Source: an uncultured Melioribacter sp.
GTDB taxonomy: Bacteria; Bacteroidota; Ignavibacteria; Ignavibacteriales; Melioribacteraceae
Direction of reading: 5' to 3'
DNA: 64,000 bases
Assembly (NCBI GenBank): GCA_964449775.1
Contig: CAYVBQ010000010.1
Span: forward strand, 13,654-77,653
The notes below the pieces were generated by a model, which was given only the letters and a program-made list of their open reading frames with translations, was not told the origin of the DNA and did no database searches. Position 1 is the stretch's first letter. Each line of letters begins with the position of its first letter. The position numbers were made by a program, and so were the translations under genes. Below are positions 1-7,739 of this stretch, one piece after another.

Positions 1-136
1 AACGCTCCGGTAGCCGCGCGATGCTCCAAATTACTGCAAGTATTGTTTCTGATCTTTCTGTTTCTTTATTAAATACAATTTATAAAATCTGCCGGTAAAG
101 AACACTATCGCCAAAATAATAAATATTACTATTAGG

Positions 137-448
137 TTAGTCAGCATAAACTTGATAATAATTTCCTATTCGTCTTCTACCTATATTCTCGGTAGGAGGA
201 TCGATCTTTTCATTTCCAGATTCAAGTCTGCGCTTGTTCATTTGATCCCAGAGTTCATCAGTTCTTCTTGAGGCTGGTTCTAAAAACTATCTTTTGTAAA
301 ATTTTAACGCCGAGAACCTACCTGCCGGTAGGCAGGCGCAAAGAATAAGCAAAGTCCGCAGAGAATATTTGGGCATCCTCCATAGGAGTCCTTCGGACAT
401 CACTTTGTGAGAAGTTTTTAGAACCACCCTTAATTCTTCATTTGACAT
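137..448 (-). pseudogene. small ORF split by MITE copy A
   Basis: A minus-strand ATG at 448 (MSNEELR) runs into the MITE end at 429 and stops inside the element. Beyond the other MITE end, an open frame at 137-280 (..SRRTDELWDQMNKRRLESGNEKIDPPTENIGRRRIGNYYQVYAD*) has no start codon of its own. Hand translation only. Confidence 0.3.
272..429 (-). mobile_element. MITE-like element, copy A (158 bp)
   Basis: Terminal inverted repeats are GGCTGGTTCTAAAAAC (272-287) and GTTTTTAGAACCACCC (414-429). The interior is colinear with the reverse complement of copy B at 16609-16737, sharing the blocks TTCTCAC[A/G]AAGTGATG, GAT[G/A]CCCAAA and ACTTTGC. It has no coding capacity for a transposase. Confidence 0.7.
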
Positions 449-565
449 GTATCCATTTGCAATCTAAATAAATTCGATTATTTCTTCAAATTAATTTATG
501 CTATCGAAATTTGATTCCATCAATCATTTATATAAATTTGCGCTCACAAAAAATGCTTGTTAGAT

Positions 566-651
566 GCCGAAGTGGCGGAATTGGTAGACGCGCTGGACTC
601 AAAATCCAGTGAGGCTTAAACCTCGTGCCGGTTCGAGTCCGGCCTCCGGTA
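566..651 (+). tRNA. tRNA-Leu (anticodon CAA)
   Basis: Hand-folded cloverleaf. The acceptor is GCCGAAG/CTCCGGT, with one A-C mismatch and G1-U72. The anticodon stem is CTGGA/TCCAG with loop CTCAAAA. There is a long variable arm (TGAGGCTTAAACCTCG) and a T arm GCCGG-TTCGAGT-CCGGC. CCA is not encoded. Confidence 0.85.
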
Positions 652-660
652 CAAAATAAA

Positions 661-697
661 AAACCCGATCTCTTTTAGAAATCGGGTTTTATTTTTG
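661..697. terminator. bidirectional intrinsic terminator between tRNA-Leu and the convergent helicase gene
   Basis: The stem AAACCCGAT (661-669) / ATCGGGTTT (681-689) is flanked by an A-run upstream and a T-run downstream, so it can work on either strand. Confidence 0.7.
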
Positions 698-724
698 TCT
701 AAATACTCTTTACTAAAATCTATA

Positions 725-2539
725 TTACTTCCCTTTGGCTCTTTCAACCATTGGTCTCTTGTCTTTATCACGGTTAAGTTTTTCAATAATAATATCAGCT
801 TCTTTCGGTGGTACGTTAAAGAACGAAAACGCATCGGAGATTTGAATTCCGGTAACTTTACCCGGATCCACATTAGCTTTCTTCTTAAGCATATTCAATA
901 ATTCTTTTGGAGTCAGATCATCTTTCTTACCACGTGCAAGAAACATACGCGCTTTTCCTTTATCGCTGTCGAATCTGCCCCTTCCTTCGGATTTATCGCC
1001 ACGTTCGGATCTATCGCTCCGTTCAAATCTGCTTGGACGTTCTGATCTTTCACCACGCTCGGATCTATCACTGTGTTCAAATCTGCTTGGGCGTTCGGAT
1101 TTTTCACCTCGTGATGAAAAATCTCTTTTACCTCTGGATCTATCTCCGTCGCGGGAATACTCTTTTCTTCCCATCGGTCTGTCGTCTCTCTTATCAAACG
1201 ATCTTCTTCCTTCGAAGAGGTCGTGAATCTTTGCGTAATTCTCTTCTTCAAGTTCGTTTTGATAAGTGTACTTGATCAATGCTGCAACAACATCTTCGGG
1301 ATTATGATTTTTTATCATTTCCTTTGCAAGAGAAGCATAATTATGAGCAACACCTACTTCCATCATCGATCTCAATTCTCCAGCAATTTTTTCTTTCTTA
1401 AAATTGATTACATCTTTTATAAGCGGAATTCTTTGCTTACGAATCTCGGTTTGTGTAAAATTTTTGATGAACATAAGTTTGCGGTGCTCTTCTGGAGAGA
1501 TGAAAGTAATTGCTGTTCCCTCTTTACCGGCGCGTCCTGTTCTTCCAATTCTATGAAGATATGACTCCGGATCTTGAGGAAGCGCATAATTGATAACATG
1601 TGTCAGATCATCAATGTCGAGACCTCGAGCGGCAACATCTGTAGCAATTAATACGTTTATTTTTTTGTTTCTAAACTTAGTTAAAATCTTCTCACGCACG
1701 TTTTGGGAAATATCACCGTGTAATCCTTCAGTATCATATCCTCTATCAGATAGTTTTGAAGTTACATGATCAACATCATGCTTAGTTCTACAAAAAACCA
1801 ATCCATAGAATTCTACTGTTGTGTCAATGATTCTGCACAATGCATCTAACTTATCGGATTCTTTCACCTCGTAGTAAATTTGCTCGGTAAGTTCTGTAGT
1901 TTCTCCGGAGTGTTTTGTTTTAATAATTTCACGCTTGCCCATATATTTTTTTGCAAGTGTTGCTATTCTTTCCGGCATGGTTGCAGAGAAAAGTAAAGTT
2001 CTTCTGTTTGGATTAGTTCTGCCCAGAATATCTTCGATATCGTCAACGAACCCCATATTAAGCATTTCATCAGCTTCATCCAGTACAACAAAGGAAACTT
2101 CAGAAAGAGACATGCTTTTTTTGTTCAGAAGATCAATCATACGTCCGGGAGTGCCGACAACTATATCAACACCTTTCTTTAATCTTCTCAATTGCGTATC
2201 ATAAGATTGCCCACCGTAAATCGGTGCTGCATGAATATTTTTATTCCCGCGCAGGGAATTGAATTCTTCAGCAACCTGAATTGCAAGTTCGCGGGTGGGT
2301 ACAAGCACCAGCGCTTGAAGATGCCCCGCTCTCGTTTGTAATTGTTCGATAATCGGAAGTGCAAATGCAGCAGTTTTCCCGGTGCCTGTTTGCGCCTGAC
2401 CGATAAGATCAATTTTATTCTCTAGGATTAGAGGAATTATTTTTTTTTGAATTTCTGTTGGTTCTTCGAATCCTTTCATATGAATTGCATGAAGTGATTC
2501 TTCCGATAGTCCTAATTCTTTGAAACTGTTGTTAATCAT
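725..2539 (-). CDS. deaD: DEAD-box ATP-dependent RNA helicase with C-terminal DbpA-type RNA-binding domain
   Basis: Helicase motifs AQTGTGKT, PTRELA, DEAD, SAT and HRIGRTGRAG are present. The C-terminal ARMFLARGKKD..GIQISDAFSFFNV region resembles the DbpA/DeaD RBD. I prefer the ATG at 2539 (MINNSFKELGL) over the TTG at 2557. Confidence 0.93.
   Translation of the reverse strand: MINNSFKELGLSEESLHAIHMKGFEEPTEIQKKIIPLILENKIDLIGQAQTGTGKTAAFALPIIEQLQTRAGHLQALVLVPTRELAIQVAEEFNSLRGNKNIHAAPIYGGQSYDTQLRRLKKGVDIVVGTPGRMIDLLNKKSMSLSEVSFVVLDEADEMLNMGFVDDIEDILGRTNPNRRTLLFSATMPERIATLAKKYMGKREIIKTKHSGETTELTEQIYYEVKESDKLDALCRIIDTTVEFYGLVFCRTKHDVDHVTSKLSDRGYDTEGLHGDISQNVREKILTKFRNKKINVLIATDVAARGLDIDDLTHVINYALPQDPESYLHRIGRTGRAGKEGTAITFISPEEHRKLMFIKNFTQTEIRKQRIPLIKDVINFKKEKIAGELRSMMEVGVAHNYASLAKEMIKNHNPEDVVAALIKYTYQNELEEENYAKIHDLFEGRRSFDKRDDRPMGRKEYSRDGDRSRGKRDFSSRGEKSERPSRFEHSDRSERGERSERPSRFERSDRSERGDKSEGRGRFDSDKGKARMFLARGKKDDLTPKELLNMLKKKANVDPGKVTGIQISDAFSFFNVPPKEADIIIEKLNRDKDKRPMVERAKGK
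947..1108 (-). repeat. in-frame 54-nt tandem repeat (about 3 units) inside the helicase C-terminal linker
   Basis: Units at 1001-1054 and 1055-1108 are near-identical, with a degenerate unit at 947-1000. They encode GE[K/R]SERPSRFE[H/R]SDRSER. Confidence 0.85.
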
Positions 2540-2569
2540 AACTTTTATTTCTCTCAATAATTTAAATTC

Positions 2570-2779
2570 TCATTCGAAAACAAGAATACGTTGATAAATG
2601 AAATCGAACGAGAAAGTTTTTTTAGCAGTTCTCTGCTCGATATATTCTGCCACTTTTTCCAATCTTTTTGGAATAGCCAGAATCTTTTCTTGTGCTTTGG
2701 AAGCCAATTCATTCAAATCTGTGATAACTTTAATTGTATCCAATACATTACTTTTTTCCTTCGGAAGGATAATCTCCAT
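2570..2779 (-). CDS. hypothetical small helical protein (69 aa)
   Basis: The ORF lies 12 nt upstream of the helicase gene on the same strand. I recognise no motif. Confidence 0.35.
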   Translation of the reverse strand: MEIILPKEKSNVLDTIKVITDLNELASKAQEKILAIPKRLEKVAEYIEQRTAKKTFSFDFIYQRILVFE

Positions 2780-3070
2780 ATCTAACCTTTCAATGTGAAA
2801 ATATTATCGGACTGATTTCTTCTTTGACAATAGACATTGCGGCTCTCGCAGAGCTTATTTGATGGGTTATAGTGAGAAATACAAAACCTATTTCGGGTTA
2901 TCTCTGTAGTATTTAAAAAATCCTAATATGAATATAGACTAAATCGCACAGATATCACAGAAAATTTCATTTCGAGATTAATCGTTTTTGTAATATTTTT
3001 GTAACGATTTTTCTTCTGAATTTCCTATACATCGAAGCACTCTGTTATAAATAAGCGGGAGATTGATAAT

Positions 3071-3826
3071 TTGGATAAGGACAGGTTACTTGAAGCGGCT
3101 AAGAGCGGAGATTTTATCAGCAGTATTTATAACTATTGTGACCGCTGGTGCGAAAAATGTAAGTTCACTGAAAAGTGTTTAAACTTCCGGATGATTGATA
3201 ATAAGATCAAATCACAAAATAGCAATGGAAATACGAACGAACCCATTAACAATATCGAAGATTCCTTGAAACTTGCTATGGAATTGATTCAAGACATCAC
3301 GAAAGAACTCAACGTTAAAATTAATGATTCGGAAGAAAAAGAGATTCAGAATGAACAGAAACGCATTGATACTAAAATTAAAGAGAACAGTATCATCCGA
3401 CAGTGCAGAAGATACTCGAAAGCAGTGAATGATTTTTTGAATGATAATAGTTTATACTTCGGCAAAATTCTGGGCTGCGAAATTTTATCAGGAGATGATT
3501 CGATTTCAAAAGAGAAAGAGGCTGTTGAAATTATAATGTGGTATAATTATATGATCGAGGTAAAGTTTGCAAGAACGCTTCACGGATATTATTCTAAGTT
3601 AGATGAAGAGGATGACAATTATGATTATGACGACAAGCTAGTATCCGCAAGGATAACTATCTATTCTATTGACCGGTTAATGGCAGCGTGGTATTTCATC
3701 TATACCACCTACTCGACATATGAAGAAAATGCCAAAGATTTTTTAGTTATGCTCGCTAAAATAAAGAACGAAATAGAGCAATTCATACCGGAGGTTGTTG
3801 CATATAAGCGACCCTATTTTGATTGA
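3071..3826 (+). CDS. hypothetical protein with N-terminal CX3CX2CX5C motif (251 aa)
   Basis: It has a TTG start preceded by GGGAG about 10 nt upstream. The motif is CDRWCEKCKFTEKC, and the rest of the protein is acidic and helical. It is the only plus-strand gene in a 24-kb minus-strand block. Confidence 0.55.
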   Translation: MDKDRLLEAAKSGDFISSIYNYCDRWCEKCKFTEKCLNFRMIDNKIKSQNSNGNTNEPINNIEDSLKLAMELIQDITKELNVKINDSEEKEIQNEQKRIDTKIKENSIIRQCRRYSKAVNDFLNDNSLYFGKILGCEILSGDDSISKEKEAVEIIMWYNYMIEVKFARTLHGYYSKLDEEDDNYDYDDKLVSARITIYSIDRLMAAWYFIYTTYSTYEENAKDFLVMLAKIKNEIEQFIPEVVAYKRPYFD

Positions 3827-3925
3827 CTTGTATTGTCAATTCAAACCCCCGCATGTAAGAATAAATGGTTTTTAACTAACTCGCTGCTTCCGACTTAAAT
3901 TTAGAAATTGGTGTGACAAAGGTTG

Positions 3926-5263
3926 TCACGATGCATCAATATTTTTATTCCACAAATATTTCTTGGTTTCACTGACTATTATTTTATGTAACATGATCAA
4001 TGAAATTAAATTTGGAATTGCCATTAATCCATTTGTGATATCGGCAAATGTCCAGACAATATTTAACGAAATTACTGAACCGACAAAAACAGCTACTACC
4101 CATAAATATCTATAAGGTAAAATTGCCTTTGTCCCTATCAAATACTCTATTGCTTTTTCGCCGTAGTAAGACCATCCGAGTATTGTTGAGAAAACAAAAG
4201 TCAAAAGTCCAACGGTTAATATAATCGGTCCGATATAAGGTATATCTGCAAAAGCTGATTTTGTAAGAACTGCGCCATTCAAACCTTTTGTCCATTCATA
4301 TGAGTTCACAATCACAACGCCGGTGAAAGCGCAGACAACTACTGTATCCCAGAAAGTTCCGGTTGAAGAAACAAGCGCTTGACGAACGGGATTTTTAGTT
4401 TGAGCCGCAGCAGCAACTATCGGTGCACTTCCAAGTCCGGATTCATTGGAAAATAATCCGCGCGCTATTCCGTATCGAATAGCTTCTTTCATACCGGCAC
4501 CCATGAATCCTCCAATTACTGCGTGCCCGCTAAATGCGCTCTCAAAAATTAAGGCAAGTGTTTGCGGTACTGTTGAATAATTAATGAATAAGAGAATGAT
4601 ACAACCGAGTATATAGAATATTGCCATGAACGGAACCAAATTTTCACAAACTTTTGCTATGGATTTTATTCCGCCAATTATTACAAAAGCTGTGAGTACA
4701 GCAAGGATTAATCCGGTAATCCAGTAAGAAATCCCGAACGAATCACTAACCATATGAGAGATCGAGTTGGCTTGAACCATATTTCCAATTCCAAAAGCAG
4801 AAACAGATGTGAAAGCAGCAAATAATATTGCCAGCCACTTCATGTTCAATCCGCGCTCCAACACATACATCGGTCCGCCAGCCATTAATCCATTTTTTGT
4901 TGTGACTCGATATTTGACTGATAGTAACGCTTCAGAATATTTAGTGGCGATACCAAATACACCTGTTAGCCACATCCATAAGACAGCACCGGGTCCGCCT
5001 GCGGCAATTGCTGTTGATACGCCAACAATATTCCCGGTACCAATTGTAGCAGCGAGTGCAGTAGTGAGAGCACCGAATTGACTGATGTCTCCTTCCCCTT
5101 CTTTATTTTTACTTAGAGAAATCTTAATTGCTTTTCCGATGAAGCGCTGAATAAATCTTAATCTGAATGTGAGAAATATGTGAGTACCGAATAAAAGGAT
5201 AAGAAGTGGATAGCCCCAAACAATATCACTTATTTGTGTAAGTATGTTTTCAAGTTGTTGCAT
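3926..5263 (-). CDS. alanine/glycine:cation symporter (AGCS) family transporter
   Basis: A 445-aa polytopic membrane protein. The segment GALTTALAATIGTGNIVGV and the overall layout are typical of sodium:alanine symporters. Confidence 0.9.
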   Translation of the reverse strand: MQQLENILTQISDIVWGYPLLILLFGTHIFLTFRLRFIQRFIGKAIKISLSKNKEGEGDISQFGALTTALAATIGTGNIVGVSTAIAAGGPGAVLWMWLTGVFGIATKYSEALLSVKYRVTTKNGLMAGGPMYVLERGLNMKWLAILFAAFTSVSAFGIGNMVQANSISHMVSDSFGISYWITGLILAVLTAFVIIGGIKSIAKVCENLVPFMAIFYILGCIILLFINYSTVPQTLALIFESAFSGHAVIGGFMGAGMKEAIRYGIARGLFSNESGLGSAPIVAAAAQTKNPVRQALVSSTGTFWDTVVVCAFTGVVIVNSYEWTKGLNGAVLTKSAFADIPYIGPIILTVGLLTFVFSTILGWSYYGEKAIEYLIGTKAILPYRYLWVVAVFVGSVISLNIVWTFADITNGLMAIPNLISLIMLHKIIVSETKKYLWNKNIDAS

Positions 5264-5304
5264 TGAATTTTCTCCTTTTGAAAATAGTATTCTAGAAAAA
5301 CGTA

Positions 5305-5556
5305 TTATGGATGGTAAACAATATTAGAGCCAACCCACGTTTTACCTTTATTGAAATCAACATATATAATTCTCACGCTCATCAATTCAATCGAGCGATT
5401 CCTTTGTAACATCACAATCACTCCGGCTCCGGCAAATGAATACAACGGTTTCAAAACATAATTCTCTAGATCATCGGTGTATCTGCTTAGTCCATCAACA
5501 GCATAACTGTATGCCTTATAGTAATTCTTTGTTTCTAAAAATATTTTTGTGATTTT
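5305..5556 (-). pseudogene. start-less 83-codon open frame, possible gene remnant
   Basis: Hand translation gives KITKIFLETKNYYKAYSYAVDGLSRYTDDLENYVLKPLYSFAGAGVIVMLQRNRSIELMSVRIIYVDFNKGKTWVGSNIVYHP*. There is no ATG/GTG/TTG before codon 42. An upstream in-frame TAG sits 5 nt from the edge of the tandem repeat at 5565. Confidence 0.25.
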
Positions 5557-5564
5557 CTAATATG

Positions 5565-5731
5565 CTAAAATTATTTCGTGCTCGTGTTCTTGATTTTGCT
5601 CGATTTTGGAGCGATCATGATTACGAACATGAGCATGATCACGGATAACATCTAAAATTATTTCGTGCTCGTGTTCTTGCTCGGTTTTTCAGCGATCACG
5701 ATTAAGATCATGAGCATGATCACGATTATAC
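5565..5731 (+). repeat. two tandem copies (period 87 nt) of a long imperfect hairpin element
   Basis: Unit 1 is 5565-5651 and unit 2 is 5652-5731. Both begin CTAAAATTATTTCGTGCTCGTGTTCTTG and end ATCATGAGCATGATCACG. The arm CGTGCTCGTGTTC pairs with GAACATGAGCATG using G-T(U) pairs on the plus strand only. Confidence 0.85.
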
Positions 5732-5735
5732 AATT

Positions 5736-6455
5736 TCAGCCAATCTGAGATAGATACGCTGGAAACATTTCTTTCCACCACTTCCAATCGTGTCCGGTCT
5801 TTCCGCGAATATCCAACCAATGATTAATCCCTTTTGATCCCAGTATATCGGATAGACGTTTGTTGTCATCAAGACAATAATCCCCTTCACCAATCCCAAG
5901 AACAATTTTCATTTTTTTTATTTGATCGAGATACCAATCATCATACAGGTTGGGTAAATAATCGGGTGGATTGTTGAAATAGCAATTATCATCATAATAA
6001 CCCATGATAAATTGTTTGATATCAAAAGCACTTCCCATAGAGAATAAATATCCAACTTTATCCGGATGACGGAAAGCAATATTTGCGGCATGATAACCGC
6101 CAAAACTGCATCCTGCAACACAAACATTAGCTGCAGCTGTTTCAAACTTGGCAAATTCAACTACATCATTGAGTATTAATCGTTCATATGCCAGGTGAGT
6201 CTTCACGCGATCGGCGGGATGTATACCGTAGTTATACCAGCTTTCTCCATCAATTCCATCGGGACAGTAAATTTTTATTTTACCTTGATCAATTAGCTGA
6301 GATGCGGAATCTATTAAACCAAAATCTTTGCTCTGGTAATATCTTCCCTTAGAAGTCGGGAAAAGAATTACGGGATAGCCGGCATGTCCAAATACAAGCA
6401 TTTCGAAATCACGACTTAGATATTGCGTGTACCATTTGTGATAATGTTCTTGCAT
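5736..6455 (-). CDS. esterase family alpha/beta hydrolase
   Basis: It carries a GCSFGG nucleophile elbow and an MQEHYHKWYTQYLSRDFEMLVFGH N-terminus typical of about 240-aa putative esterases. I trimmed the start to the ATG at 6455 because the longer ORF reads through a terminator and a palindrome. Confidence 0.8.
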   Translation of the reverse strand: MQEHYHKWYTQYLSRDFEMLVFGHAGYPVILFPTSKGRYYQSKDFGLIDSASQLIDQGKIKIYCPDGIDGESWYNYGIHPADRVKTHLAYERLILNDVVEFAKFETAAANVCVAGCSFGGYHAANIAFRHPDKVGYLFSMGSAFDIKQFIMGYYDDNCYFNNPPDYLPNLYDDWYLDQIKKMKIVLGIGEGDYCLDDNKRLSDILGSKGINHWLDIRGKTGHDWKWWKEMFPAYLSQIG

Positions 6456-6534
6456 TAATCTTAGTGTATTGTTGGATTGATTAATCTTGGATTGAATATA
6501 AATAAGGAATGATGAAATTGCTAAGAAGATAAGC

Positions 6535-6563
6535 AGTAAAGACTCGCCGCGGCGAGTCTTTAC
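6535..6563. repeat. GC-rich palindromic hairpin (REP-like)
   Basis: GTAAAGGACTCGCCGC/GCGGCGAGTCTTTAC forms a stem of about 14 bp with one bulge, centred on CCGCGG. Confidence 0.7.
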
Positions 6564-6565
6564 AC

Positions 6566-6605
6566 AAAATAAAAAAGCCACCAGACTCATTAGAATCCGA
6601 TGGCT
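6566..6605 (-). terminator. intrinsic terminator after the DHOD-like gene
   Basis: The minus-strand RNA folds AGCCAUCGG..CUGGUGGCU (9 bp including 2 G-U) followed by UUUUUAUUUU. It lies 22 nt after the stop at 6627. Confidence 0.6.
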
Positions 6606-6626
6606 TGCAAACATGTTTAGGGTTAT

Positions 6627-7625
6627 TTAAGCTAGATTTTTAAAACTCTGTAACATCTTCATATAGTTTGCGCGTTCAAATGCTGCCGGTTCTGCAACAG
6701 ATTTCTGACTCATACTTCCCTTCATCAATGAAATAGAGTCATATTCTTTTTCGAGCATCCACTGTTTTATTCCGTCAACCATTTCTTTAATTCTTCCAAC
6801 GCCATTCATCAAAAATTCAGAAGCTATCATTGCAACATCACCGCCTGCCATCATAACTTTAATTACATCTTGAGGTGTATGAATACCACTTGTGGCGGCA
6901 AGACTTGCTTTCACATTTCCGTGAAGAATTGCTATCCAACGTAAAGGTAATCTCATTTCCCAATTAGTACTAAGTACTAAATTTGGTACAACTTCGAGTT
7001 TATCTAAATCAAAATCCGGCTGATAAAATCTATTGAACAATACTAATGCATCAGCTCCGGCATCGTCTAATTGTTTTGCCATATTAGACATTGATGTGAA
7101 GAAAGGGCTCAATTTAATAGCAACGGGAATTTTCACATTCTTTTTAACTTCTTTTAAAACATCTACATACTTTTTTTCGATTTCAGCACTCGGTGTCATC
7201 GGGTTTGTGGGAATGTAATAAACATTCAGTTCTATCGCATTAGCTCCAGCTTGTTCGATATTTTGTGCATATTTTACCCAACCGCCTGCACTAACACCAT
7301 TCAAACTTCCGATGATAGGGATATCCACTGCTTTTTTTAAATTAGCGAGATGATCGAGATACTGATATGGTGTAAGATGAAATTCTTCCGGTTCAGGGAA
7401 ATAACTTGCGGCTTCGGCATTACTATCAGTGTGATAAGACCGATAATGATCTAACTCTCCGGATTCATGTGTAATCTGCTCTTCAAACAAAGAATAAACC
7501 ACTACTGCAGAAGCGCCGGCATCTTCCATTGCTTTTACTGTATCAACACTTTGAGATAACGGTGACGCCGAAGCCACTACCGGATTCTTCAGTTTAAGTC
7601 CCATATATGTTGTTGATAGATCCAT
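6627..7625 (-). CDS. dihydroorotate dehydrogenase-like TIM-barrel flavoprotein
   Basis: A 332-aa protein with PyrD class-1-like segments ([26 protein letters not shown]). It sits immediately downstream of PFOR. Confidence 0.8.
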   Translation of the reverse strand: MDLSTTYMGLKLKNPVVASASPLSQSVDTVKAMEDAGASAVVVYSLFEEQITHESGELDHYRSYHTDSNAEAASYFPEPEEFHLTPYQYLDHLANLKKAVDIPIIGSLNGVSAGGWVKYAQNIEQAGANAIELNVYYIPTNPMTPSAEIEKKYVDVLKEVKKNVKIPVAIKLSPFFTSMSNMAKQLDDAGADALVLFNRFYQPDFDLDKLEVVPNLVLSTNWEMRLPLRWIAILHGNVKASLAATSGIHTPQDVIKVMMAGGDVAMIASEFLMNGVGRIKEMVDGIKQWMLEKEYDSISLMKGSMSQKSVAEPAAFERANYMKMLQSFKNLA

Positions 7626-7648
7626 ATTAACTCCTATATTTTAAAATT

Positions 7649-7732
7649 CTGAGACTCGCAAAGCGAGATGTCCGAAGGACTCCTCCGGAGAAGAATCTCA
7701 ATGAGTAAATTATATCCTTCGCTTCGCTCAGG
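7649..7732. repeat. REP-like hairpin element (CTGAG..CGAAGCGAAGG type)
   Basis: CTGAGACTCGCAAAGCGAG at the left pairs with CCTTCGCTTCGCTCAGG at the right. The core GATGTCCGAAGGACTCCTCCGGAG also occurs inside MITE copy A. Confidence 0.7.
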
Positions 7733-7739
7733 ATTAAAA

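Noticed and set aside
616-901. ORFs 616-873 (minus) and 695-901 (plus)
   Set aside because: The first overlaps tRNA-Leu, the terminator and the helicase 3-prime end. The second is antisense to the helicase gene. Neither has a recognisable motif.
907-1275. ORFs 907-1275 (plus) and 913-1251 (minus, off-frame) within the helicase gene
   Set aside because: They are products of the low-complexity 54-nt tandem repeat being open in several frames. The helicase frame carries the real motifs.
3071-3826. Radical SAM enzyme call for the CX3CX2C protein
   Set aside because: The protein is too short and helical. I see no GGE, ribose or GxIxGxxE motifs. I report the motif only as an observation.
5565-5731. 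Possible CRISPR array
   Set aside because: There are only two directly abutting units with no spacers. The units are about 85 nt long and internally palindromic, and there are no cas genes in the window.
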